Source: the human T2T-CHM13v2.0 reference genome, Homo sapiens
Assembly (NCBI RefSeq): GCF_009914755.1
Contig: NC_060928.1
Direction: 5' to 3' (one strand)
DNA: 64,000 nucleotides
The stretch's first letter is position 1. Every line of letters starts with the position of its first letter. Positions 27,409 to 40,828 of the stretch are shown in pieces. Position numbers and translations under genes: made by a program. The notes beneath the pieces were generated by a model. That model saw only the letters and a program-made list of their open reading frames with translations, made no database searches and had not been told where the DNA came from.

Positions 27409-29295
27409 GAGACTACTTAGACCCAAAACAAACTAAAGCCGAAGGAATTACATATTCCATATTTGGTCTAGTTGTTGGGAGGGAAAAATTGCTGCAAGAA
27501 TTCAGATATACTAAAATTCAAATGAAATGGCCTGATCTATGCCAGATTTTATGAAATGTGTTTATTCTAAACCCAAGAAGAGTATTTTCCTCAGCCTTGT
27601 TTTTTCCTTCTATGTATTATGCATAGAAAGCAACTATTCTAAGAGGTAATATTCTGAAATATTACTTTAAATGGCAAGTTTTGTCAATTGAAGATACAAC
27701 ACATTTTAAGTAAAACAGTAATCTCTCAGTTTCCAATAAGTACACTTAAGCTGTGGTTAAATTATATTACCCTAGCAGAAAAATCAGTGGTCTGATAATA
27801 TAGATGAAAACAATGGTTACAATTTTGACATTGCAAATAAAAACTTCCCAAAATTACACCAGTACACTGTTTCCAAAATTGAAGAGATTAGAGAACAAAC
27901 AATCAAAAAATTACCATCTCTTTCCACAGGATAGCATAAATACATGTGTTTTCTATTAGAGCTTAAAATAGGAATTTAGAACTAAACTATGATGCAAAAT
28001 TGAAAATGTGTAATTGATTTAAAATGTTTAGCATATGCTACATAACTTTAATCTTTTCTTTTAAAAAGTTTTCTCTTTATGATATACTATGTGCACACAA
28101 CCACTTGACTTTCTCCTGACATTTCTCCTTAATGATAAATTGGAAAATTCAAATTTTGACTCTTCAGCCATCAGAGTGTGGAGTATCAAACATTGATTAT
28201 TCAAACTTATGAACTAGTGAACCAACCCATCATGGCTCAAGAAAATAATTAACCATCTCTGCATTTATAACTCCCTGCTGCTGTTCACCCTGAAGCACAC
28301 TATGTAGACTTGCCATGTGCAAAGCAGCTTCTTAGCCAATCAATATCCACAACTGCTGGGAAGGATACCTGCTTATCTCTTTGCGGTGCTACTGCCAATC
28401 ACCAGACTAAACATCATTTCTATTCCATGGCAACGTTTTAAGTCAGACCATCTGGAATGTCTCCAGATTTGGTAAAAATGCAAATAAAACTTTGCTTTAC
28501 ATTCACCTAGCAATGAATAAAAATTAACATATTCTTATTTGACCATATTGTTCTCCCCTCCTGGGAATCCAATACTTTGTATACCTTACTGTAGTTCTAA
28601 ATAATGTGGACAGTTTGACTGGTACTTTTACATCATAGGTAGGAGTACATTTGTGTAATTCCTGTTTTTCCAAAACTCATGTAATGAGTCATTTAACTAT
28701 CATTAATTTTAGAAAGTAAACCTTTAGGCTAAAAAAACAAATACTCTTTAGTTATTTCAATCTTTTTCCAGAGGAAAAGAGAAAAAAGCACTGGAGTGTG
28801 CTAAAAAGGCTCACAGTATTTAGGAGCAATCGCCACATCTTTCTGTCATCCTCTTCTCTAGGTCATGAGATCATACATGTTGCTATTCTTCTGACTTCTA
28901 AGCAGGATACTCAAGAGATCCTTCCAAGCAATGTGAGTCACAGGCCCCCATCCCTTTCCCCCATAGCTGCCTCCCATAGTAAAATTCTGTGGGAGTCTGT
29001 CACATATTAAACCTATAGATTCCTCTAACCATATCAAGTTCACTACCTCTGTATTGCAGGGCAAGGTAGCAGCTGTCCATCTCACTTTACCATTACATTT
29101 ATGTAGCTATGAAAATAATGCATACAATTGGAGAATATTCAGTTAAAGGGATGTGTGAGCCTTCTTTATTTCCCTATTAGAAGGATTAGGTTGAAAGAAG
29201 AATAAATAGTTGAAAGTATCTAATATGCTCTTCAAAGAAAGATGAGTTTTGAATCACACCTATTTTTGTGTTTAACAATTATATTAATTGCTTTT

Positions 29296-29441
29296 CTTTT
29301 TTAATTTGTATAAATTTATGGGGTGCAAGTGTAGTTTTGTTACATGTATATATTGCATAGTGGTGAAGTCAAGGCTTTTAGGGTATCCATCACAAGAATA
29401 ATATACATTGTACCCACTATGAAATTTCTCATCATCCACTC
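29296..29441 (-). mobile_element. Heavily 5'-truncated L1 (L1PB/L1MA-type 3' end)
   Basis: L1 3' UTR GTAGTTTTGTTACATG...GGGTATCCATCAC; TSD TTA(A/G)TTGCTTTT at 29284-29295 and 29442-29453. Confidence 0.75.
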
Positions 29442-30279
29442 TTAGTTGCTTTTATGCTCAGTTCTAAGGTGTCTCCAGACAGACAACATTGCTTTGAGTC
29501 ATATCAGAGTCAGCATAAGTGGAAGTAGACTATTTAAAGATTGTATTAATATCTGAGGCAAGCTAGAATTACTGATAAGACTGTAATAATGTTACAAGAA
29601 GAAGAAGAAGGCACTATAAAGTATTCTTCCTATTAACGTTTTATTCCCTTTCTCTCACTTTGAAAAAGATTGTACTGAAACGGTTTCATAGAGCAATGTA
29701 ATATAAAACACAACTGAAAAGTAACATAACAGGTATCAAACAGCTGGGCTGTTTCGGATGTCATTAACCTGTGTAGCTGATGCTTGGTGGCTCTGGATGG
29801 CCTGTGGCATGGAAGGTGGGATGGGGTCATTCCACCCCTAAATTTTCAGAAATTTCTTAATTTCTTAATTGATCTCCCTATCTTCAGAGCTTCTTCCCCA
29901 TAACATATCCGGGACTTTGCTTCCATCTGTCAAGTGCCACTGCTTCTAAAAAAGCACCCAGGAGCTCCCACCTGTCCCCCTTTTCCCCCATGTTTAGCAA
30001 TCAAGGCCCTCCACACTTTGGCCATACTTCACCTCCTTCCTACTAATTCCCAAAATGCATGGCTCAGCTCTGTCAAAATGCTATCACTACCCCCAAGGAA
30101 CATACTTTGCCCTAAATAACATTCTCAGAGAGACTGAATGTAGTCACCGAATTGCTGCTGCTGAAGCATTTACAGATCCTAGTTTGAAAAATGAGTTAGG
30201 CCTAGAATTATATATGTTGCATCTAACAGAAATAACCCAAAAGATGAAAAGAAGTTCCTATAGCCCTTGCTTACATACA

Positions 30280-30281
<2 letters not shown>

Positions 30282-30315
<34 letters not shown>
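30282..30315. repeat. (CA)n microsatellite
   Basis: About 17 perfect CA units. Confidence 0.97.
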
Positions 30316-30316
<1 letters not shown>

Positions 30317-31989
30317 CCTGATGATAAAAGAAACTCAGCAATCTAAGAAAGTAAAATGCAAGGCAGAAGGAACCAAGGCAAGCCAATGAATGCCAGTTGC
30401 CTTCTTGGTTTTGAAACACAATGGCCTTGCAAATGCTAATGTTGAAGAAAAAACTATTTCTAAGATTATCAAAGGATAACTGATTTTTAGTTGTTCAAAA
30501 TAAGGATAATATTACTAATTGCAGTAGAAGATTGACAAAAGCAGGAAGGAGGAAGGGAAAGGAGTTAGCAGATTTTTTCATATACCCAAGCTTATAACCC
30601 ATACTGCTGGTGGATTCATTCTTGTCAATAAATTACATTATCTGATATCCTAAATTTTCAAGAAAAACAAAAACTTAGCCAAGTAAATTAATCTGTACAT
30701 AGGATATTTACATTTGTTAGAATGGCAAAATAGTTAAAACATTGTCTCCATGTTGGGAGACTGAAAATAACCCCTGATTACTAGATGACAAAATAGATAA
30801 GTATAGAATTTAATAATTATATTATTTAATGATTCATGAGATTACATGTATGCCATAGAGTGTTGTCCATAGGGAGATGGGTTATAATTTTGAACAGAGT
30901 GGAAGCCCTAAAAGTGATATTTGTGCATGAGCCAAGGCTTGGCACCATGTAGCTTCAGGATAACAGCTCCGCCATTATGCACACACAGACATTTCCATAT
31001 ATCACTGTACCTCGTCTCTTAAGCAGAAACAAGAATGCAGGGAGATGTATGTATGAGAGAGATGGAGTAAGGGAAAGAAGTAAGAGGTACAGTCCAATGG
31101 CTTGCCATAGACGCTTTTGACGTGCATAGCAGGGAGTTGATGCCGTGGATAATATGCCACGTAAATCACGTCTCCACTTAGCATGTGGCACAAAGCAGAT
31201 CTGTGAGAACAACAGTGATAGAAGCCGGTAACTCTGTTGATTACTAATTTTGTCTACCCTAAGCAACCACCCCTTATTGAGGACAACAATGAAAAATAAA
31301 CACATCTTATTTCTGCATGAAGTTACCACGAATATTTTGCAATGAAAAGTCAAGACTCTCAATATGTTGCTCTGGCAGAGGATCTGAACAATGTGGAAAT
31401 GAGAGACATCCACATAGAGCCAGTTATCTCCACGTTCACACAGCCTTTGACATCTTGTGCAACTGGGATCCATCCTTCTGGGGCAGCTTTACAAAAGCTG
31501 CTTCTTGACATATCAAATCACCACAGCAAATTGTGTCTTAAAAATAAATTGTCACAACTTACAGATTAGATACCTCAAGCATAGTAGATGTTCAGTAATG
31601 CTTGTTGTTATGATTTGATTTGATAAGGGCCTTCACTCTTAAATTAACTTCAAATCAGATTAATCTGAGATATTCAAATTAAAATGATGATGAAGGTGGG
31701 GGTGGTGGTGGTGATGATGATGATGATTTGTCAAAGGGATTCTTCATTTATAGACAAGGCAGAAGACATTATCAGTGGTATGCATATACTATTCCCCAAC
31801 TTAGTCAAGTTACCCACCAAATTCCGTATGTGATAAGCATATTTCCCTTTTACCGCATCATCAAGCAAATAAAAACACACTTTTCTCATGTACTCCAAGA
31901 ATCATGCTATCATCATAAAATTAGCTATAGAAACTGCATTCTCTAAATTTTAAGAGAGAAAATGTGTCCCTTGACCAAGATCTCTATTC

Positions 31990-32430
31990 CTCACTGGTGC
32001 ATTGTATTCCAGCTAGATGTTTTCCCATAGGGTAGCTCTGATGCTGCCTCCTCTGCGAGCACCTCTCTTTCCATGCTTTTCCGCTACCTCTCTATACTCC
32101 AGCTAACCTGGTCTATCTATCTGAGTCCTTCTACCTGGAATATGGTCCTTCTACCTGGAATATTTTTTCCTCAGGCCTTCTCTGGCTTCTTCCACTTTAT
32201 TCCTTGGATCTCAGCTTAATCATCTCTTTGGCAAGTATCCATGATCCAAACTGGGTTAGTGCCGCTCCCAAGACCCCCTTTATTAACCCTGTACTGGCAC
32301 TTAAAACATACTCTATTGTATTTGCCAGCTCCTTGGCCTGTCTGCAAGTTCCTTCAGGCATGCTGCCATCATTCTCATTTATCACTGTATCTCCTGTGCC
32401 CAGCTTTAAAAATATTAGGTAAATGAGTGA
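31990..32430 (+). mobile_element. L2 LINE 3' remnant containing a 20-bp tandem duplication
   Basis: L2-type CCTTCTACCTGGAAT, CTCAGCTTAAT and 3' end; GTCCTTCTACCTGGAATAT repeated at 32125 and 32145. Confidence 0.6.
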
Positions 32431-34319
32431 AAAAAGAAAATGTACTATAGTTGCCTCTATTAGAATGTTTTTCTCCCATGCAATTCCAGATCTACAAGCA
32501 GACCTGCTTATTGAGTTTATTGAATTTCTACCTTTTTTTCTGAAAATCAGAATATCTCAGGGTCCATAAATCTGTGAGAAACTCGTGGGAAGCAGAGCAG
32601 CACATAACAGCAAGATGATTTTCCCCTTCCTTTTGTCTTTAGGGGTCAAGAGTTCTTGTCTCATGGTTCAGGCATTGTGTTAACTATTTCTGTGCATTCT
32701 TTAAGCATAGTTGTAACTGTAGTTTTGATTGAAATATTAACCTATAAGTGATTTGGAATATCAAAATAAACATTCATATCACAGAAGTTTTTTTTTTTTG
32801 CTCTTGAGAGAATACGAAGTAGGTTGATTTTTCTGCCATTACTATGATATATGTACATTGCAAAACATTATGCTAACTAGCTAGCTTAAGAATATATGTA
32901 CATATAAAATGACAGAGTGACAAATTTATTAGCCAATTTGCTGTTTGTTATAAGGAAGTTGCTGTCTGGAAAGGCTTCAGAACCCTGTCCAGCTCTACCT
33001 CCCCTTCTGACTTTTCGTTTCCTGTGTCTGGGAACCTCATTGCCTTCTCTCATGGTCATGTTAAGTAATTATTCTCATGTGAGGTTACTCTGCTAACCCT
33101 CGGCATTTGGCTCACAGCACAGTTATTCCCGCGTCAGTGATGGGGGATGGAAACCGTCCATCACTGCAAGACTGTTCCCATGGCTGAGGAGGGAGAGATG
33201 GTTTCAGTCCTGTTCTTGTTAGTAACGTGTTGAGATGTAAATAGATTCATGGCTGATGATGTTCCCCCATCAAAGAGTTCATTTAGCTCATAGGAAGAGT
33301 TTGCTATATTCTAAATTTAACATAAAATAATGATGCAGGAAAGTTTTAGGTTTAAGAAAATAATTTTCACATGATACATTGTGTATGCGTGTGTGTGCTT
33401 GTGTGTGTGTGTAAATGTTGCTCTGGTTCCAGCATTCTGATCAATAAAAGCAGAAGTTCAGGCCATTTTATCCTGAAGTATTTCTATAGGGTAGTCTTAT
33501 GAGTTGCTTGATTATTATACAAAGTATATACAGTTAGTATAAAGAGTGTGCAAACTAAAATGAAGGGGGCTGAGGAATCAAGTGTGTTGTCGCTGAAGTT
33601 GATTTTGAGACTGGAGTGGTTAAACAAAGGCTGTTCTAAGAAATTCCATCAAAATAAATTTGATATACTGCCAGAAATTCTACAACTGCCTTCTGGATCT
33701 ACCACATTCTCTTGGGAGTTAGAACTACTGCTTTCTATAGCTACAATTTTATTTTTAACTAGGTCTAGTTTTTATTGGAAAAACTGTCCTAAGATTAAAA
33801 GTTAATAGTTGAAATTAAATTTAATAATAAAACTGAATGTGTCATTCAGCATTAATTTTTGGTAGCCTTATGTTTCAATTTGAACATCAAATATTATGTA
33901 AAACTGCATGCTCTGAAGCATCTATTTAAATTTGGTACATTTTTGCAGAAGAGCAACCTGGAAAAAAATTAAATAAATAAATTTGGAAGGTTTGAAGCCT
34001 TCAATGTTCTGGGGCTCAGGAGCCTAAAATCAAATGTGCCCTCAGAAAGACTTAATATTATTTTAGGTTGTGCACATTTAGAGGTCGCTTCTCAGAACTT
34101 AAACACCTCTAAGAGTTTTATTGACACTCTAACTTTTAAAACAACTTCCTTGGAGACTAGTACCAAGAGAGGAAGCAAGTCAAATCTTGCATCTCATACT
34201 TGCCCTAAACATGAGACTCCTGTTATTTTAGATCAAATTTATACTAGAAGGCAATAAAGATGGCAACTCATTCACCACTTGTTTACTCAGTAATATAAGG
34301 TATTTATTCTCTAGCTGCT

Positions 34320-35000
34320 CTTCATTTATTCAATAAAGACATTGGGTAAATAGCAGCAAACAAAACAGATAGATATCCTTGCCCTTGTGGATTCTGGTAG
34401 AAGAGCAAGACAAAAAGGGAAATAAGTAAGTAAATACATAGTATGTAAGATAAGTGCTAAGTAGATAAGTACAATGGGAAAAGAGAGTGGAAAGAAGAGA
34501 GATATTGAGTGGGTGACCTCAATACAAGGTGACAGTTGAGTAAAAGAAGGGATGAAGGAGCAAACAATGCCACTATGTAAGGTAAGAGCATTCCATTAGA
34601 GGAAACATCAAGTGCAAAGGCCCTGTGGCAGGAATGTGCCTGGAGGGTTAAAGGAAGAGCAAGGAGGCCATCGTGGTTGAGTGGGAGAGAGAGAGTCGTG
34701 GCAAATGAGATCACAAGGATATGAGGGTGGAGCAAGAGTAGGGGAGAGGTAGAGCACATAGGGCCTGATAGCATGGTGACTATATCATCTATTGTCCAAA
34801 CAGGACAATTTTGAGAGTGAAGGGAGACACTATTATGTCAGGACAATAGGCATAAACCAGGACTGTCCTGGGTAAACAAGGAAAACCTATACACCTTTAA
34901 AAGTCTTTGGCTTTTTTCTCTGAATGAGATGGGAAGTTTTTGGAAAGTTATGTCCAGATGAGTGACATGAACTTGTTTACATTTTAACAGGAACATTCTG
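34320..35000 (-). mobile_element. L2a remnant interrupted by a MER94/MER81-like hAT-Blackjack MITE (34773-34897)
   Basis: L2 motifs GAGCATTCCA...AAGTGCAAAGGCCCTG...GAGCAAGGAGGCCA; insert ATGGTGACTATA...GTCCAAACAGGACA...GGACTGTCCTGGG. Confidence 0.7.
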
Positions 35001-36569
35001 GCCAGGCACAGTGGCTCATGCTTGTAATCCCAACACCTAGGGAGGCAGAGGTGGGAGGATAGCTTGAGCCTAGGCGTTGGCTGCTATGTTGAAAAGTATT
35101 TCCTAAATCAATGAAGGGAAAATATGCAATCTTAAAATATGTTATATATACTAATATATAACATGAGAATATTACCTAAAGTGTAGCGTTTACTCTATGC
35201 CAAGCTAAGTCGTATGACCCTCCCAACAAATCTATGACATGCTACTGTTGCCTGAATGATAATATGAAAAAAGTGAGTCCCAGACTGTTAAGTAACTTCC
35301 TCAAAGTCACACAGCTAGAAATGGCAGGTCCAGGATTTGGATCCAGCCTGATCCCAGAGGCTGTGCTGTTAGCCAGCCTGCCGTACTGTTCTTCCACACA
35401 CCTCGTAAGACAAACCTTATCATTACCAAAATGTCATCCCTAACACAAATAGATTTTCAAAGACTGTTCAAAGAAGAAAATCATTTCCTTTATCTTCTCC
35501 ACTAAATCTAACAGCTTCATTAGTTCCTTCTTTAAGACAGAAGTAACACATTGTAAAGAAAATGTACAATAGATTGCACTCCAAAATAGCATCTATGTTG
35601 TAAGTCTTGCAGATGGCCTTGGGACATCTGGTGAACAGGATTTGTGTAGCCTATGTTCATTGTCATGTCAGTGAGGTCAACTGACAGAAGGAGAGCCAGA
35701 AAATAAAAAATAAATAAACTGAGAGGAAAGATTGAGTTATTTGATGGACTGATTGCCTCGACACCTCTGCTCAGAGAAATGCATTTTGCCAAACGAATGG
35801 CTCATCTAGTTATCACTTGAAAGGCTAGGCAATTTGTCTGTGGACAGGATACAGAAGAATGAATGTCTATGGCTAGCCCATAGTTTCAGCTGGGTTAGAA
35901 ACATCAGGCTTGACTGATAAAGCTAGAGGTTGCTTTTCTAGACTTTTCTCCTTGGGGGTTTACCAGATGCACAGGAGTTAAAAGGAGGATGTGGAAGCAT
36001 AACAGATGACATTTGTGGATATGTCTAAACTGATCATTAAAAAGATGCCAGCAATCCTCAATTTTTAAAGATTTGCATATAAAACGTACCTTTTGTGAAA
36101 CCTTTCCATTAAATCTAATGCATAAGGAACTTCATTATTAATTCCTAATTTTAAAAGCAACAAATAAAGGAAACATTATTGAACATTTTTTCAATGTCCA
36201 AAATATTGCTTATCAAAATATGAAAGGTAATGGATACACGTTTCTTAACAAAATATTGAATAACACATTACACTGCATCCCACGTAAGTTTTATGCCACA
36301 AAAGTAATTCTGCAGAATGTCTGTACAAAAAAAAATCTCTAACTACTGTGAACTTTTAGTTTGAAAGAAGATTTAAATTTCAGTTTTCACCAAATAGAAA
36401 TATCTAGAATACAGCAAAGTTTCTCTTTTAAAATGGTGTCATTGATGTCATAAGTATGGGTATTTCTCTGCATATTTTCATTGTTTCCACAAATTTTACT
36501 TGCTTAAAGAAGTGAAATCTATGAAAATTAGGGTTATGTTATATCATTTAACAGTCATAATACTTTTTA

Positions 36570-37050
36570 AACTTTTAAATATGTTATTGAAATGTAGCAT
36601 ACACATAGAATAATGTGCCTAAGCATTGGCTCTGTTAATTTTCACAAAATGAACACATGTGTAACCAGGATCAACAAAGAGAGCATTATCAGCACCCTGA
36701 AGTCTCCTAGTCACTATCCTAACCCCTAAGCCACTCACTTTCCTGACTTCTAACAGCATGAATTTGCTTGCCTGTTTTTGTGTTTCTAGCATATGGAATC
36801 CTATGATGCCTGTAGGTATTGTTTTGTGTCTGGCTTGTCTTACTCAACATTATGTTTGTGAGAGTCATCCATATTGTTGCATTCAGTTGTAGTTCAGTCA
36901 TTCTCATTATTGTATAGCACTTCACTGTGTGAATATCGCACTTTCTCAATTCTACTAAAGATGGGCATTATTAAGTAGTTTCTAGTTTTGGGCTATTTTG
37001 AATAGTGCAGCTGTGGACATTCTCCTATGCATCTTTTTGGTGCATATATA
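36570..37050 (-). mobile_element. Old L1M (L1ME/MC) 3' fragment
   Basis: TGTCTGGCTTGTCTTACTCAACATTATGTTTGTGAGAGTCATCCATATTGTTGC. Confidence 0.75.
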
Positions 37051-37274
37051 TGTTGAATATGTAAGTATATAGATATAAAAACCTATAGCTGTGTACATAA
37101 TGATATCTGTCATATTTATGTATCAACATAGATAGCTGCATACTAAGTATATCTAAATATATACTTCTTATTTAATTTTTCTTGATCATAACCTTTTATA
37201 TTTTACTATTCAGTAATGTTGGAGAATTACACTAGGTTAAGGTACAGAATTAAGAACTAGGCAATAGAATTCTT

Positions 37275-37423
37275 CTTTTTTTTTTTTTTTTTTTTTTTTT
37301 TGTTTAGAGATGGGGTCTTGCTTTATTGCCCAGGCTGGTTTCAAACTCCTGGCTTCAAGTAATCCTCTCATCTCAGCCTCCCAAATTGCTGGGATTACAG
37401 GCATGAGCCACCATGCCTGGCCC
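37275..37423 (-). mobile_element. FLAM / free left Alu monomer
   Basis: Long T-tail and a single monomer; TSD AGAATTCTT at 37266-37274 and 37424-37432. Confidence 0.85.
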
Positions 37424-37632
37424 AGAATTCTTTTCTAATTCTAAAAGCTTTAAGTCTTGTGTGGCCTGTGTATGAATTTGGTCCATGATAATTATTTGCC
37501 TTTCAAGAAAATCTGTTATCTGCCTTCATAATGGATAATTCCCAGATCAACTCACACATTGACTAAGTACCTGTAGAAAACACAGAGGAATCTAGGCTAG
37601 CCGTGCCTTCAAGTTGCTGACGTTCTATTTGA

Positions 37633-37996
<364 letters not shown>

Positions 37997-38571
37997 TCTC
38001 TCGGACTTTTTGAAACCAAAGAACACAAAGATACTATTTTTAATGTGAAATACCTCTAAAAATGTTCATTGAAAGTAGAAAGATTGGCATCTTAATACAA
38101 GATTGCCAGGGTAGGGATGGTTGTCATAGAAATTTACCAAATTGGAACACATGAAGACAGAGCTAAAAGAAAAATTTATCTTAATATCATCAGCAAAATT
38201 TGCATTTGCAACATCCCAAAAAGAAATTTTATTTATGAAAACCCACTGACCACATATGAAATGGAATCATCTTACAATGTAAACACTCCCAGGAAGTCAT
38301 TCAGAACTCTGTGAAATGTCTGAGCACTGCATTTTTGCAATCTTATGAATAAGAGTTTAAATGTGAGTCATTGACACTTTTCCTGCTTTTTGTTCTGGGG
38401 AAATAGCTTCACGGTAATATTTTCATTAATTGTATGGAGTGACTTCAGAATCATCTCCAGCTCCTGTACCATCATAAAGGAAGTCAACCCAGAGGGAGTG
38501 GTATGCACTAAGGTGACCGTCCAGAGCCCACTTTCAAGCACTGCTGCTTGCTCCTGCTTGATTCGCTCACC

Positions 38572-38777
38572 CAGGGCCCAGCAAACTACAGCTAGTGAGC
38601 CAAATCTGGCCCACCACCTGTTTTTGTAAATGAAGTTTTATTGGAACACAGCCATACCTATTGCTTACGTATTTTCTATGGCAGCTTTTGAGAGTAGTTT
38701 CAACAGACACCATATGGCCCAGAAAGCCTAAAATATTTACTATCTGGCCATTTATGGAAAAAGTTTGTCAAGCCTGG
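38572..38777 (+). mobile_element. MER58A hAT-Charlie MITE
   Basis: CAGCAAACTACAG...GCCAAATCTGGCCC...GTTTTATTGGAACACAGCCA...AAAGCCTAAAATATTTACTATCTGGCC. Confidence 0.85.
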
Positions 38778-38903
38778 TGGCATCTCACCAACTGCCCTGC
38801 CCCTTCCTCTCATCCCTGGCTCTCATCTACCTCCATTTGGACCCACAGGCAGTCAAAGCCCAAGATCTGAACTTCAGAAATGTGAATAAGGCTTCATAAC
38901 CTT

Positions 38904-39033
38904 TTTCTCTTTTTAATAGAGATGGGGTTTCACTGTTTCCCAGGCTTATCTTGAACTCTTAAACTCAAGCAATTCTCTTACCTCAACCTTCCAAAATACT
39001 GGGATTACAGGCATGAGCCACTGCGACCAGACA
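38904..39033 (-). mobile_element. FLAM / Alu monomer
   Basis: Single monomer; TSD CTTCATAACCTT on both sides. Confidence 0.8.
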
Positions 39034-39178
39034 CTTCATAACCTTTGATATTTTTAAGTGCCTAATGCCTTAACCCCAAGAAGTAAATGGGCATAATCTC
39101 AAGAAATCAAAATATGTTTTATTTTTTAAAATGGTTTGTCACTGATCTTGAATAAATCACTTGACCTCCCAAGTCATT

Positions 39179-39484
39179 CTTTTTCTTTTTCTTCTTTTTT
39201 CGAGAAAGGGCCTCACTCTACCACCCAGTCTGGAGTTCAGCGGCATAACCACAGCTCCCTGCTGCCTTAAGCTCCTGAGCCCAAGCAATCCTCCCACCTA
39301 AGCCTCCCAAGTGGCTGGGACTACAGGCACATGCCACCATGCCCATCTAATTTTTTGAATTTTTGTAAAGATGGGGTCTCATTATGTTGCCCAGGCTGGT
39401 CTCAAATTTTTGGACTCAAGTGATCCTCCTTCCTCTGCTTCACAAAGTGCTGGGATTGTAGGTGTGAGCCACCATGCCCAGCCT
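39179..39484 (-). mobile_element. AluJ SINE
   Basis: Diverged dimer flanked by AAGTCATT. Confidence 0.85.
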
Positions 39485-39927
39485 GAAGTCATTATTTTGT
39501 ATTTGAAAAAAATAAATAATGAAGGGACCATTTCATGGTATCCCACTAGGCATAATGACATAAAGTAGGCTTATTCCTAAGCTGACAGCCAAATCAGTTA
39601 CAACAACCAAGGTCTATTGTCTCTTCGTTGTCTCGATTTATGTTAGTAAACATCAGAACTTTGGTCTCATGAGAGGTCTTGGCAACCACAATTCACATGT
39701 TTTCTAATCAAAATTAAACAATTTTTAAACTCTTTGTCACACACTTAGAAATATTCAATACATCGTCCTTTGGGTAATTAAAAGCAGCACTAAGCCAGGT
39801 GGCTAGATTTTTGGGTAGCCATTTATGTTTCAGTTAAGAAAAAGAAAAAGGAAAAGGAGATGATGAAGATTTTTCATTTATTTTAGAGAAATTTCATATG
39901 AAAATATAGTTACTCTCTAAAAGTCTT

Positions 39928-40229
39928 TTTTTTTTTTTTTTTTTTTTGAGACGGAGTCTCACTCTGTCATCCAGGCTGGAGTGCAGTAATGCAATCTTGG
40001 CTTGCTGCAAACTCCGCCTCCCGAGTTCAAGCGATTCTCCTACCTCAGCCTCCTGAGTAGCAGGGATTACAGGTGCCCACCACCACACCCAGCTAATCTT
40101 TGTATTTTTAGTAGAGATGGGGTTTCACCGTGTTGGCCAGGCTGATCTCGAACTCCTGATCTCAGGTGGTCTGCCCGCCTCAGCCTCCCAAAGTGCTGGG
40201 ATTACGAGTGTGAGCCACCACACCTAGCC
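39928..40229 (-). mobile_element. AluS SINE
   Basis: Full dimer; TSD TCTAAAAGTCTT. Confidence 0.93.
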
Positions 40230-40562
40230 TCTAAAAGTCTTAAAGATAAAGCTTTACATACTTGAAGTTACTCAGTCAGAAAATCACAACACTTTATATT
40301 TCTTTGGAAGGACCAATTGAATTACACGATCATAACTAAAAACAGATGAATTTTCTTACCTCTATGCTGTAAAAATCAGGGACTATTTCTTTAATAATGG
40401 ACAGAAAGGCCATGTCTTAGACAAAGGGGAAAGTGGGGGATAAGATAAGAAATATCTCATGTTCCATTTTTTAACATTAGGTGTATGTGTGTATGCATAC
40501 ATGTTATTTTTTGTGACACAGATGTTCTCTGTTTACATTAGATTTTTCCAAACTGTTAGCAG

Positions 40563-40828
40563 TCAGGTGCGGTGATTCACACCTGTAATCCCAGCACATT
40601 GGGAGGCCAAGGCCAGAGGCTCATTTGAGCCCATAAGTTCGAGACTAGCCAGAGTAACATGATGAAACCCCATTGCTACAAAAAATACAAAAATTGGCTG
40701 AGTGTGGTGGCACATGCCTGCAGTCCCAGCTACTGGAAGGCTGAAGTGGGAGAATCACTTGAGCCCAGGTCGAGGCTTCTGAGCCATGATTGCTCCCACT
40801 GCACTCCAGCTTGGAAGGAAAAAAAAAT
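40563..40828 (+). mobile_element. AluJ SINE, internally deleted
   Basis: CAGGTGCGGTGATTCACACCTGTAATCCCAGC...CACTTGAGCCCAGG...CACTGCACTCCAGC. Confidence 0.85.

Noticed and set aside
28685-29502. Three AP-1 TGAGTCA motifs within about 820 bp
   Set aside because: This 7-mer occurs many times across the window, near chance frequency; not persuasive without chromatin data.
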